This document shows, piece by piece, positions 12,927 to 27,247 of a stretch of DNA of 64,000 nt. The notes beneath the pieces are model-generated. The model saw nothing but the letters and a program-made list of their open reading frames with translations. It was not told the origin of the DNA and searched no databases. The translations under genes and the position numbers were made by a program. Positions within the stretch are counted from its first letter, which is position 1, and every line of letters starts with the position of its first letter. The stretch covers positions 153,946,001-154,010,000 of the forward strand of contig OZ024740.1 of assembly GCA_964016885.1 (NCBI GenBank), in the 5' to 3' direction. Source of the stretch: Eledone cirrhosa (lineage: Eukaryota).

Positions 12927-12970
12927 CACCACTGAGGAGGTTGCAGATGTGCAACGAAAGATTTATAATA
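12927..12970 (+). ncRNA. Hammerhead ribozyme motif (family H6)
   Basis: cacca CTGAGGA g gttgca gatg tgcaac GAAA gatt TA taata. Stem I is degraded. Confidence 0.6.
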
Positions 12971-13170
12971 AACTATATATATGTGTTTGTGTGTATATTG
13001 TATCTGTATTATTTTTGACCGTCGGTCAGTCAATGGCAACATTAAGGACTGAGTAAGTTAGATTACCGATATAAAAGACACAGAAGCGAGAAGCGAAAAC
13101 CAACCAAACAGTGAGTGTGTTCTGTTATTAATTCTGGCAATATTACACAAATATGACCCTCCCCAAGTAT

Positions 13171-13230
<60 letters not shown>

Positions 13231-13374
13231 TACTAAATTTCACAAAGAAGGTTATGGTCCTCCCGAGGCTTTAGTAGAAGACATTTGCCACAATGTGGCT
13301 TATTCTGAAACCACGTTGTTTCAAAGTGAACTCCCTAAACATTCATGCGCCTCTATAGGGACTTTTGGCGTGGA

Positions 13375-13720
13375 CCCAGCATGACGTAACGGTTAAGAAG
13401 TTTGCTTTGCAATCATAACGGTCCAGGTTTTAATACACTGTGTATCATCTTGAGCAAATACTATTTAACATAGTCTCATGTCGACTCAAGCCTTATGAGT
13501 GAAATTGAGTAGACGGAAACTCTTTGGAAGCCCGTTGGATGGCATGTACCTGTAATTTAAAGGGCCGGCATTTTCACACACTGTATCATGATAAATCTCC
13601 CTCAGAATTATGTTAAGAATACATGTATCTGTGAAATGACTAGTAATTTACTTGTTTATGTCATAAGCTGTTTCGTTTATCCAACCACAGGAACACTCAT
13701 CGTCGAAACCGGTGGAGGCC
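13375..13720 (+). mobile_element. Old tRNA-derived SINE (S2-related)
   Basis: Degenerate tRNA head, then cttgagcaa core. The 3' part (tacctgtaatttaaagggccggc..cacacactgtatca..) resembles 27110-27220. Confidence 0.55.
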
Positions 13721-13936
13721 CATTCCGCCTTTGGAGTGTTTGTTAATCTTGTTCGGCTCATATTTTCCCCTTTTCTTATAGTTTTTTGAAATACTTGAAC
13801 AGGGACTAACGTAATTGGCAACACCTGGTTTGTGAGTTCAAAGCCACAGCAGGTATGTTTTCTGCGTCAGGATATTTCAAACGTTATTTTCTTGCCTTAA
13901 ACTATCCAGTCAACTAATGTCTGTCTATTTATCTAT

Positions 13937-14049
<113 letters not shown>

Positions 14050-15109
14050 CTGTCTCTCTCTCTCTGTCCCTACTTTTTCTATTCATCTATCTCTGTCGGT
14101 GTTTTTTTCTCTCTCTCTTTCTGTCGCTTTCCCTTTGCCATTATCTGTGTCCGTCTGTTTTTTCCCTCACATTCTATTTCTCTGTGTCTCTTCCGGTCTG
14201 TGGCCATCTCCCCCTCTCTCTCTCTCTCACACACACACACTCAGTCTCCCCTTCACAATCTTGGCTCCAACTTTTATCCCTTTGTGCCGGTCTCTCTTGT
14301 TTTTCTCCTACATAATCTGTCCTCTTTCTGTTGTACAGTCTTTTCCCTCCACCCTGGCTCCCCACTCTCTCTCCTTATCTATTTATCTATCTATCTACCT
14401 ATCTATAAATCTATCTATCTATCTATCTATCCAGCCATCTATATATCTATTTATCTATCTATTTATTTATCTATCTATCCCTCTCTTGAACATCCTATTC
14501 CACTCTCCCATAAATATAACCGTACCCACATGTAAATTCCTGTGAATCTATAAGAATGTCCTAAAGGACGGTTCAATCTTAAGATTTCTCAATTGTCTAA
14601 TGAAGCTTAAAATTTGGAAAACAGAACGGAGACAGTCCGAGAAACTATAATGGAGGTGATGACGTCAAGACTTCTGATTTTATGTAAATAAAATAAATCG
14701 TTAAAAAGTTATTCAGCGCAGGCACAGCTTTGCCATTAAACATTTCAATTTACAACAATGTAGTTGCTGATTCGGTTTCGTTGAGCGTCACTGACTGTAA
14801 AATCGAGTTAACTTATACCATGGCCTGCTAGAAATAGCAGCCAGATCTCTGCTTACTATTTTTTAATAAGAAGGATATATAGCCCAAATAAATGCTTATA
14901 TGATTTTTAAATGAAATAAATATATAGAAATAGGTTGGCGTTTAGAATACGCTGAGAGGACATGGGTTATTTCACTCATTCCACTCCACCAATCTCAGAG
15001 GCCCTTTAAAGGTTCATGATTACTGCAAGAAGAAGAAGAAGAAGAAGGGAAGAAATTACTCTCTTAGAATTTCAGCAGATTTCAATTTATTGACATTTAT
15101 GGGCGCTGT

Positions 15110-15163
15110 ATACATATGTCGGTGAATACATATGTCGGTGAATACATATGTCGGTGAATACAT
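15110..15163 (+). repeat. 16-bp tandem repeat x3 (tacatatgtcggtgaa)
   Basis: Read directly. Confidence 0.9.
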
Positions 15164-15367
15164 ACGAGTAAAAATTGATATTTGTTTATCGATAAAATCT
15201 CAGAATATATATAGATATGTATGTGAGGGCAGCGAGTACACAGGAAAACCCCTAGGGTTACAGGATTCTGACTTCTATAGATTATATATTTCTCTATGAG
15301 TATTGAGTTCTCATTCTCGCAAGTGTTAATATTAAGCGTGTACACACACGCACGTACACACACACGC

Positions 15368-15447
<80 letters not shown>

Positions 15448-15451
<4 letters not shown>

Positions 15452-15660
15452 TTAATATAGAAAAGCTTCTACAGGACTAGAACTGTTTCATTCGTGAGAA
15501 ATCATCAGGAAGCTGACCGTCAGCTTCCTGATGATTTCTCACGAATGAAACAGTTCTAGTCCTGTAGAAGCTTTTCTATATTAAATATTTATACTCTGCT
15601 TTGTATTGAGTACCTTACTTACTGTGGTTACCCCCGATTGAACCCGGGATAAACTTATAT
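15448..15660 (+). mobile_element. Short PLE pLTR fold-back element (family H7) with a perfect 70+1+70 bp palindrome
   Basis: 15448-15517 is the exact reverse complement of 15519-15588. The downstream tail is shared with 38545-38625 and 39900-39965. Confidence 0.9.
15522..15572 (+). ncRNA. Hammerhead ribozyme motif, type I (family H7); mirror copy at 15464-15514 on minus
   Basis: agcttc CTGATGA t ttc tcac gaa t GAAA cag ttctagtc ctg TA gaagct. 6-bp stem I, 3-bp stem III with CTAG in the loop, GUA cleavage after 15566. Confidence 0.88.
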
Positions 15661-16342
15661 ATATACATTGAAAAAGCCAAAGAAAGGAAATACACATAGT
15701 ACCAGGACTGGGGAATGGCCTGGACAGGGATTGGAAGACTCACTGTGAGCTTTTTTATAGTGGTTTGTAGAGGTTTGCAGGAAATTTCATCGGGATATTC
15801 CTCAACCAATTGCGTTTAACTGGTGCAGCGAAGGAAAGAGCCATTCAATCCACAGGCGGTGCCGTACAAAAAACGTTACCACGTGACTCTTTTTAACACA
15901 TACTCATACACATACATGAATCGGGAACTTCAGTATAGCAACAGAAAGTAATCACAGTGTTATAATAAATAATCTTATTCTACTCCGGTATTGTATACGG
16001 TTTTCTCATGTTTGTAAATGTAATCACGCCACCCTCCCTCATTCATATACACATTATATATGTCTATTATTCTGACTTCATCGGCGAAGCATTACCTTTG
16101 CTGTACTTGCTAAACAGTGGTTAATCTATAAGTAAGTAAATGTTCTAGAAAGAATTGCTTAGAAATTAAATAATTCTGAGACGCCACTCGCATGAAAAAC
16201 AATGGGTAAGTTAACATTAACATATCTAATACAGGAAAAATAAAAAAAAGCCATGTATTCATGATTTGAAAGAAGCTGGTAGGCATTTAAATAAATATTT
16301 ATAAGAATACTTGTTTAATTGTCTTGCATTTCATAAAGAATG

Positions 16343-16500
16343 GCGTCGGGTGGTAGAATTGGCATGTTTCGTTGTGAATCTTTATGTTCTGAATTCAAAT
16401 GCCATCGAGGTCAAATTCACCTATCATCATTCCGGGGTCGATCAAATAAAGAACCAATAAAATAGTTTTGGTTAAACTAGTGATTATACTCCCCCTTCAA
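16343..16500 (+). mobile_element. SINE S1-like, diverged
   Basis: gaattcaaatgccatcgaggtcaaattcacctatcatcattccggggtcgatcaaataaagaacca matches the S1 B box and core. Confidence 0.6.
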
Positions 16501-18456
16501 AGCATCTATAAATAACCATGTGATATTAAAGTTTTTATTTTTATTAGTGCTAGATACCAGTTACAAACTTTGACAATGTAAATATTAAATATTTCATGAA
16601 TGTTCTCGTTCTTATCCCCTTCCACCCATCAACGAAATACATATAAGCGCCGGGTGAGTATATATAAATAACCCAGTTTTGATCAGTGTCGAAAGAGTCA
16701 TGTTTTACTCAGCGGCCTTTTGGTTTTGTAACAAACAAGCAACTCCTATTACTACTGCTACTAGTCGTTGTAATAACAATATTAGTAGTAGTGGTAGTGT
16801 TTAGCTCCGCCAGTTCATCTCTAATGCAGAAGAAACATTAAGCTCAAAGACATTCGAGTTCTGATCATACCGCTGTGCTTTCAGACTTAATCTACTTTAT
16901 TGGACTACATTATCTAAGGTCCGTTGTGATTTGTGGGATATTTGACTGAACTTTTAGCAGGTCAATCGACCGGATAGTACTTCGTCGCTAGAAGAAACAT
17001 ATTTGTACATAAGCATCTCTCTCCTTCGTTACACTAACTCATTATCTGCTCTCTAGGTTGACGTTTTAACCCAGTGATGCATATGGTTCAAGTGGCCCGT
17101 CAGTGGCTCATACCAAAGTTTTGATACACGGTGATTTCATAAGAAAGGCACTATTTTTCTTTTTACATAAGACTATCTAAAATACAAATTAATTAAAAAT
17201 AAATTCACACTGGTCACGCTGAATCTTCCTGAGAAATATTTTAAGGTTTCACGTGTCTGTAGAATGTTCAGTGACTTGCACGTCGTTAATTTCACGTATC
17301 AGCTGAAACACTCGTCGTCGGAACAGACGGAATTCCAACACATTATTTCTAGCTAGAGCTAGATATTTAATGCATTAACTATGTTAATACTAACTTACTT
17401 CGTAAAAAAAGCCTAACGTAATACATACAATATAAGTGCTCAGATGTCAAGACGACTTAAGTTTTAGATTAAAATAAATGAATAAATGAATGAATGAATA
17501 AATAAATAAACAAATAAATTAAAGAAAGAAAGAAATGCATTCTGAAATAACATGAGAGTCCTGAATACGTTTAAAAGATTCTTTTCTAATAATACTAGGA
17601 AGGTTATATAAGAAAAGAACATACACTTAACATTATTCTTTTCATTCTACTCATTACAACTTTCCAATGAGACTTTCGCACATAATCATATTGAATCATA
17701 TTGAAAAGTGGTCTTGATATTCTTTATTGTTGTTGTAGTTGTAGTTGTAGTTGTTGTTGTAGTTGTGATTATTGTTGTTGTAATTGTTTGTTTTTATGTT
17801 GTTGTTGTTGTTGTTGCTGTGTCTGTTTAAGAATTGAGACTAAATATAAATCAGTGTAGCGAATGCAAGATTTCTATTAAAGAAGTATATAAATAAAAAA
17901 AGGGAAAAGAGGGGGGGGGGGAGAAAGAATGAAAGAAAGAAAAAAAAATGCAGGAAGATAGAACGAAATAAGGAACGAAAGAAAGAAAGAAGAAAGGAAG
18001 ATGTGAATGTGGTTTATCGATAAAACAAGTCTGGTGGGATCAAATATATAAATGTAAAAGTAAGTAAAAAAGGAACTTATTCTAAATGAATGTCGTTGCG
18101 TGCAATGTCAAGGCCACGAAAGACATGTTGACGCTTCTCTGTTGACTTCAGTAAGATATACAGGATATACAGTTCTAAAGAGTGTTTCTAGAAACGTCCA
18201 ATTTCATTATACAAAATAGTTTTGGAGAAAGAAAAGGCGTTGATCGTCAGATCGGAACAAGGAAACAATATTTTTATTACTTTTTTTCCGTTGCCGATAC
18301 TATCTGCCGTTCACAATTCATTAAAATGAAGAAAGAAACGAAGATAAACGAGGAGAACATTTGCACGGTGACAATAAACGAATAGGAAAACAGAAACAAG
18401 GAAAACACCACAAAACATCCCATCTTTAGATGTAAGTAGTGAAAGTGCGTAGCACG

Positions 18457-18531
<75 letters not shown>

Positions 18532-18578
18532 AAGAGAGAGGTTTTATTATATATATATATATATATATATAATAAAAC

Positions 18579-18686
<108 letters not shown>

Positions 18687-18700
18687 GAAGAGAGAGGTTT

Positions 18701-18756
<56 letters not shown>

Positions 18757-18760
18757 AAAC

Positions 18761-18858
<98 letters not shown>

Positions 18859-18945
18859 ATGTATGTATGTAAACGGTAAACAGAAATAACAACACAATCG
18901 GTACAGTATATGGAAGGCATATATTAGGTTAACGCAGGAAGAGGG

Positions 18946-18981
18946 TCTTAACGTTTCGGACGCTAGTCTTTCGTCAGAAGA
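18946..18981 (-). ncRNA. Minimal hammerhead ribozyme motif (family H8)
   Basis: Minus: tctt CTGACGA aa gac tagc gtc c GAAA cg TT aaga. This is the GAAACGUH minimal PLE-type form. Confidence 0.75.
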
Positions 18982-19280
18982 AAGAATGAGGAATAAGATA
19001 GATTGAGGGGACGGGCGGGTTTGAATTGGAAAAAAATGTCTTTAGATAAAAATAACATGTTGACATCTCTTGCAAGTAAGGCGTTAACCGAACAGGGATG
19101 TGTGGACCACATACGGTCTGTCGTTTGTGAAGTAGATAAAAGAAAGCGCTCAGCGCCCTGTATAAATGTTGCCAGCCGGAGCATTATATATCAATAAAAG
19201 AAAACCTTTTTCGAAGAAATTATTGGATTTTTCCAAACTTGAAGTTTTTTTTCATAAAATGTCGTTGTTTTATATGTTTT

Positions 19281-19341
19281 ATCGCCTGAAGAGCTCAGGC
19301 TATTATAACTGATAGTCCTCAGCGAAATATATATAACAGAT
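19281..19341 (+). ncRNA. Hammerhead ribozyme motif (family H1)
   Basis: atcgc CTGAAGA gctcagg ctatt..gatag t cctcagc GAAA tatata TA acagat. Paralog of 2218-2277. Confidence 0.68.
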
Positions 19342-20221
19342 TTTAAATAAACCTGAACCAACTGAATATATATAAGTTAAGAAGAGCAAGCTATAGGAAG
19401 CTGAAAGGGAGAAGCTAGAATATAATAAACTACAATAAACGAAATAAAACTTGTTAAAAAACGGTATACGTTTTGTGTTTTATTATTCATTTATGTGTAG
19501 GTAGAGGTATAGAAAGATGAGTGTGTAAGAGTTAATGTTAGAATTATTGGGTCGTCAAGTATGAAATTTGTTGAAAATTTTTTTCTGCAAATATCTACAA
19601 ATTCCATAGTTGACAACCCAATAAAATTAGGGTTAGGTTTAGAATAAGAAATAGGTTTAGGATTAATGTTAGAATAGTTACTGGGAACGCTCACGTGGCT
19701 ACAGTATGCGAGTCTTGTCGCTGGGTTAGTATGTTTCACTTGATAGTGAACGCGTTCGGATTATAATCCTTTATCATTCTATATTGTTCCTAGCTTGGTA
19801 TGTGTATAGCAATTCCATGTGTCCAGGTTACTCCGACGTTTTAGGGTATGCACCCGCTTCCTAATAAGAGATGCCTACTCTAAGTCGACTGTATCTCTTA
19901 GTTCCGCAAACATTTTGTGCGGTAATTCTTCTTTCACATATTTCTGTGTGTTAAAACACTACGCTGAGAGGCGTCGCTTTTTCAAAATGTTCAAAATCCA
20001 GTCATGCAGTTGGCGTTTCGTGGAACCAATCTAGTTGGCTCCGCATGCGCAGTTTAGCTCATATATTACATAGTTTTTAGGCTCATTGGAGGGCATTTCC
20101 GATGGCAGCAAGCGTCTTCAACAATGCTATGCGTGAGGTGTTGTCTCAACGACATTCCACACCTTGTTACTCTCACTGGAAGGCCTGATCTTCTGATACC
20201 ATTTCTAAGACGAATATATAT

Positions 20222-20569
<348 letters not shown>

Positions 20570-20659
20570 TACATAATAGTGATTTTTCTGCTTTGCAGCT
20601 GAGCTCTCACATTTTCAGCGGATAGGTGACTAGTGACTCCCATATATATATATATATAA

Positions 20660-20903
20660 CAACTGGGGGCCCTTCACTCCCAGGTAAAAAAAAAGAAAAA
20701 AGTACGATTTGGATGGCCGTTGACTCTGCTGAGTTCGTCCGCCCTCTGCCAGGTCTCGTATTTCATCCCGCAGGGTGTCCAAGTAGCACACTCCTCACCA
20801 AGCAAGCTTGGTGGGGTTGCGGGTTTAGTCGCCGACGACCTGACCATGAGACAGGTAATACTGGGTTACATGTTACCAGTAGCACTCGAGAGCAGCCTGA
20901 CAT
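20660..20903 (-). mobile_element. RTE-type LINE 5' UTR-like fragment (family R5)
   Basis: Homologous to 27248-27525 (+) and 60878-61289 (-). The 27248 copy carries CTAGGAGAAGGAAAACTC, a motif I recall from RTE 5' regions. Confidence 0.55.
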
Positions 20904-21480
20904 CCACCAACGGCGTTTGCAATGGACCGGACACCTCTACAGAATGGAGGATGATCGAATCCCAAAACAACTCTTGTATGGCGAGCTTTGTGAGGGTAAG
21001 AGACCACCTCACAAGCCAAGGCTCCGATTCAAGGATTGTGTAAAGGACTCATTGAAAATAACTGGTTTGATGATGGCTGACTAGGAGATAGAAGCTCTTG
21101 AAAGAGAAACTTGGCGTGGAATGGTGAATGATGGCGTCCATAATTTTGAGGACAGACGCATAAAGCACTAGAAGATCAAACGGGATGTGCGTAAGCAATG
21201 CCCTGGTGTATCTCTTGAAACGATCGGTGTCTCCATTGAATTGAAGTGCCCTGAGTGTGCAAACATTTTCTTGAGCAAATCTGTGAACTATGATCTCCAT
21301 GGTGTTGTGAGGGTTCATGGGCAACTTGATGCAGGACCTCAAGACAGGGAGATCCATAGTTGTCGTCAGTGTGTGGAGGAGTGCAAATCTCTAACAGGCT
21401 TGAAAAGCCATATCCGAGCGTTACACATCTGAATCTGACAAGCGATTGCAATGCTCTTGGCAGAGTTTGCAGCCATCAGA
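20903..21480 (+). pseudogene. RTE-clade LINE ORF 3' end and tail
   Basis: QRRLQWTGHLYRMEDDRIPKQLLYGELCEGKRPPHKPRLRFKDCVKDSLK, C-terminal C2H2-like CRQC..KSLTGLKSHIRALH, in-frame stops. Confidence 0.85.
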
Positions 21481-21484
21481 TATA

Positions 21485-22344
<860 letters not shown>

Positions 22345-22372
22345 TATATATGTATATATACACACAGACGAA

Positions 22373-22905
<533 letters not shown>

Positions 22906-22930
22906 TGTATATATATATATATATATATAA

Positions 22931-23210
22931 GAAAGTGAGGTTTTTTTTACAAAATGAAAAATAACCGAGGTGTCCTACACGAGTGAAATTATAAAGAAAA
23001 AGAGATGAAATCGAAAATGCAACTGGAGTCTTATTTTTAAAAAAAATATATATATTTATTTGGTTCCTTTACCGGTTTCGCAGTTCTTCTGCTTTTCAAA
23101 AGGTGAGTTGAAAAGCAGAAGAACTGCGAAACCGGTAAAGGAACCAAATAAATATATATATTTAAAAAAAAAATAAGACTCCAGTTGCATTTTCGATTTC
23201 ATCTCTTTTT

Positions 23211-23217
<7 letters not shown>
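22931..23217. mobile_element. Fold-back element with ~110 bp arms (22990-23099 / 23108-23217) carrying the HHR 3' half
   Basis: Each arm reads ...gaactgc GAAA ccgg TA aagg..aataaa. (TA)n on both sides. Confidence 0.8.
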
Positions 23218-23264
<47 letters not shown>

Positions 23265-23690
23265 GTACGATAATAGCGGAGGCATAGTGTTCTCTGATGT
23301 CCACGTCCACTGGTCTCTTCCTTGGGTCATTGTTTCATCATACGTTTCTTAAAGAAGAAATATGATAATGTTTAAATTTAATTTAGTTCAAATCCAGCCG
23401 AACACAACTTTGCCTCTCATACTTTGGTTGTCGCTGAAACAATGCTCTAGGCCAGGGCGATGGCTTTACACTTAACACTGCTTTTCCAACCCTGACTCGA
23501 TTGAAAAAATATATATTCTACAGTGTATATGGCGCATATCTTTCGGACATTACACCCTTAATTTAATTTTGGATATATAACATCTATGTATATGCATTTA
23601 TGCATACAATTTGTTTTCTTTCGTGCTTTTTAAGGTAATGTGAATATTGTCACTGGGATTAAACTTAGGAATTGAAGAAAGACATACGTG

Positions 23691-23749
<59 letters not shown>

Positions 23750-24905
23750 ATGTGTGCGTGTGTGTATGTGTGCGTGTGTATGTATGTATTTATATATGTA
23801 TGTATGCATGTATGTATGCATGCATGTATGTATGCATGCATGTATGTATGCTTGTATGTATGTATGCTTGTATGTATATATGTATTTAAAGTTTATTTAA
23901 TGTTTAACTAATGTTTCCCACCGTCTACTATCATGTTTCTGGATTTATCCTTCATTAATGTAATTTTTATGATTCTATCATGATAGCTCAAGTACTTTTA
24001 TGAGTTTCTCTCGATATCTACGTACTTAAAGTTCATAAATATGTTCTTTCATTCTTTTCAACAAAATTCTATGATATAATTCTTTCTTTCTTTTTTTCCC
24101 ATTTCTCAGCAGGACAGGTTCATTGTGTAATTTTATGACAAATTTTACAACCGCATAAAATAAACCGGAATTATAGCATAGCTAAATGATTTTTAATGCC
24201 GGAGTAAAGTCAGAAGGATTGTTGATTGCTGGAATGTGTATAGTCGATTAAATCAATCTATCCCATCCCTGTAAATGACTAGTACTTATCTGATTAAAAT
24301 TGGAAGAATGGAGATGAAGTATTCCCCAGTAGAACATGAAGAGAAGCAACTACGTGTTAGAAAAGCCTTATTTCCGCCACACAGAAAACTCTCCAACATA
24401 TAGTATATCCATTTATGTATGAGAAGTTGAAATCTTCGTAAATTTTGAAATATTAGCACAAACAAATTTGGAGTAAAAGGCCACATATTTTGGAGAGGAA
24501 AATGTTGATTATATCAACTTCTGAATTTGATAGGCACTTTATTTTAATGATCAGTCAATTCAGTATGGAAGGAACTCAAAACAAAAAGGGGCATAACTAA
24601 ATATCCTGATTTATTACCTTCCCATCTCTAATGAGTTTTCTAAACACGTTACTTTTAACCATTTTGAAACAATCCCACCCCAAACCGCCTCTGATTCTAC
24701 GAAATTAATTCACTCATTATAAAGGGTTCATATTTATATTAAACATTTCCAAAATAACTTTATATCAGAACAATATGTTAATTTACAGTCTTAATATAAT
24801 GAAATAATTAATAGTTTTAGTAAATCCCTCACGATTCTTCATTCATTAGTTGAAATACTTTGTATTTCATTAGAAATCCTATTATGAAAGGGTTAACGGT
24901 AATTA

Positions 24906-26623
24906 CACCGTGTAACAAACATTTTTTTTTCTCTGTTCCTGGCTTGTAATCACTTTTTTTTGTGTTGCTTAGGTCCCAAATAAATAAAAAAGTGCTATTA
25001 AACAGTTAAAAGTTTGGGTTTGTAAAATTTCTAAGCTATTCACTAGAATTATTTGTATGCTGGATTTTACGTTGTATGTAAGTTTAATTTGCTTATGTTA
25101 AATGATTTTTTTATATGTATTTCAGGTTAAATTAAAATGATAAAATAAAGAGTAATACCTAAAGAAAATTATAAAAGTGCAATAAAGTATAAAATTGATA
25201 AAAGGTGGATTAAAGAGATTTATTTATACTGGATTTTCGCACCCTGAATAAAGGGTACGTTGTGTTTTAAGCATTCGTCTCCAGGATGAAGCAGTGGAAC
25301 TTGGTCAAAGAGGAAGTGCTGGTGACAAGTCAGAGAAGTCGACACGAACCTTTCTCAGGTTTTTACACTCTTAGGGATGGCCTCTGTTTCTGCCATGACG
25401 TGCCTGGACTGTTTGACGTTATTGGGGTGCCGTTTGTGCCCAAGGAGTGGCGGCTATTTATAGACAGCTCCACCACAAGTTTGAAGGCTGTCCTCCTCCA
25501 CAATGGAAACAAGTTCCCAACACTGCCCCTATCTCATTCAGTCTGCCTGAAGGAAGATTACTACAGTATGAAAGACCTCTTGGAAGCTCTGCAATACAAC
25601 CAGTACAATTGGGAAATCATTGGAGACTGCAAGATGGTGGCTTTCCTGCTTGGACTCCGAGGAGGCTTTATCAAATTCCAATGCTTCCTCTCCCTTTAGG
25701 AGAGCAGAGCCACCTCTGACCACTACAAAAGAAAGAACTGGGAGCAGCGAACAGAATTTGTAGTTGGGACCCGGAATGTCATGTGGGAGTTACTGGTTGA
25801 TCCCAGGATTGTGCTCATGCCGCCACTGCACATTAAGCTGGGGTTGATGAAGCAGTTTGTGAAGGCTCTCAACCAAGAATCAGCCGCTTTTAAGTACCTT
25901 CTTGGGTTCTTCCCCAAGTTATCTGAGGCCAAAATCAAAGGTGGAATTTTTGTTGGGCCTCCGATAAAGAAGGTGTTTGAGTCTACCAAGTTCTCCAATA
26001 AGCTCAATAGGATTGAGAGAACAGCATGGAACTGTTTTAAGGCAGTTGTTAAGGGCTTCCTGGGCAACTACAGAGCTGAAAACTACCAGCAACTGGTGCA
26101 GGATCTGATAAAGGCTTTTGGCGCCATGGGATGTAGGATGTCGCTTAAACTCCATATGCTGGATGTTCACCTAGAAAAATTCAAGGACAATATGGGCGCC
26201 TACTCAGAAGAACAAGGCGAACGATTCCACCAAGATATGAAAGAGATAGAGCGGAGGTACCAGGGCCACTACAATGAAAAAATGATGGGGGACTATATCT
26301 GGGGGCTAGTGCGGTAATGCAAACTGGACTACAACTGCAAATCCAGTAATTCAAACATTTCTGACGTGTATAAGTTTTTACTTGTTTGCTTTTGATAAGC
26401 TTGTGTAATAAAATAAATATATACTATGTTGATTTAGTTATATGAACTGATAAATTTAGAAAAAATGTGTTTTTTCTTGAAAAATAGGAAAATTTCGAAA
26501 TATCAGACTCCTAACCACAAACCCAAACTTCTGATTAAATAATAGTGTTTTTTCATAATAATGGGATATAACAAACCATGAAATGACACTTAGAACCGGG
26601 GAACAAAAAATGTGTTACATACT
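24906..26623 (+). mobile_element. Chapaev3-like (CMC superfamily) DNA transposon, internally deleted
   Basis: Imperfect TIRs cac..tgtaacaaacattttt..tgttcctgg / ccggggaacaaaaaatgtgttaca enclosing a transposase remnant. Confidence 0.7.
25275..26317 (+). pseudogene. DDE transposase C-terminal half, Chapaev3-like (in-frame stop at 25697-25699)
   Basis: EWRLFIDSSTTSLKAVLLHNGN, PPLHIKLGLMKQFVKAL, MSLKLHMLDVH, SEEQGERFHQDMKEIERRYQG, MMGDYIWGLVR. Confidence 0.82.
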
Positions 26624-26647
26624 TATATACATACATATATACATATG

Positions 26648-27220
26648 TACGTTAACGATCAAATGGCTGAATATTCCACAGACACGTGCACCCTTAGCCT
26701 AGTTCTCAGGGATATTAGACGTGACACGATGTGTGACAAGACTGGCCTTATGAATTACAGATACAACTTATTTTTTTCAGTTCAGTTCAGTGAAATAATA
26801 GGTTGTGCTTTAGAACACATGTCACCGGGAATCGAAGTCGGTTAGAAACGCTAATAATTATTAGCGTTTCTAGCCGAGACACAGAGTTAGACATTTGTTG
26901 ATTGTGAGGTGAACACTCGATTATCGATCCAGTACTTAATTGGTATTGTATTTCGTCAACCTGTGAAGGCTTGTGTCTTCACCTATTAAAGACGTATAGT
27001 ATTTAAGATGTTCGGTTCACGATTGTAAGGCGTGAGTTCGATTCCCGGTGACATGTGTTCTAAAGCAAAACTCATTATTTCACTGACCTGAACTGAAAAA
27101 AATAAGTTGTACCTGTAATTCATAAGGCCAGTCTTATCACACATCCTGTCACGTCAAATATCCCCGAGAACTACGCTAAGGGTGCACGTGGAATATTCAG
27201 CCATTTGATCGTTCACGTAT
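26648..27220. mobile_element. Inverted pair of S2-type SINE copies (26648-26838 minus; 26990-27220 plus)
   Basis: B box GAGTTCGATTCCC at about 27033-27045. The arms share idiosyncratic sequence such as ctgaactgaaaaaaataagttgta. Confidence 0.75.
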
Positions 27221-27247
27221 ATATGTATATATGTATGTATATAAGTA

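Larger units (their letters stand above)
12510..13178. mobile_element. Fold-back element with ~290 bp inverted arms, each carrying an HHR (family H6)
   Basis: Arms 12562-12854 and 12886-13178 are highly similar and flanked by (TA)n. A diverged paralog with the same architecture lies at 47915-48461. Confidence 0.88.

Noticed and set aside
15275-15330. Minus-strand GAAA-tata-TA after a hairpin
   Set aside because: No recognisable CUGANGA or stem I; could be chance in AT-rich DNA.
19620-19680. TTAGGG-like repeats (ttagggttaggtttag)
   Set aside because: Only 2-3 degenerate units; not an interstitial telomere array.
26990-27050. tRNA gene (A/B boxes)
   Set aside because: No complete cloverleaf; continues into a SINE body, as do the other A/B-box hits.
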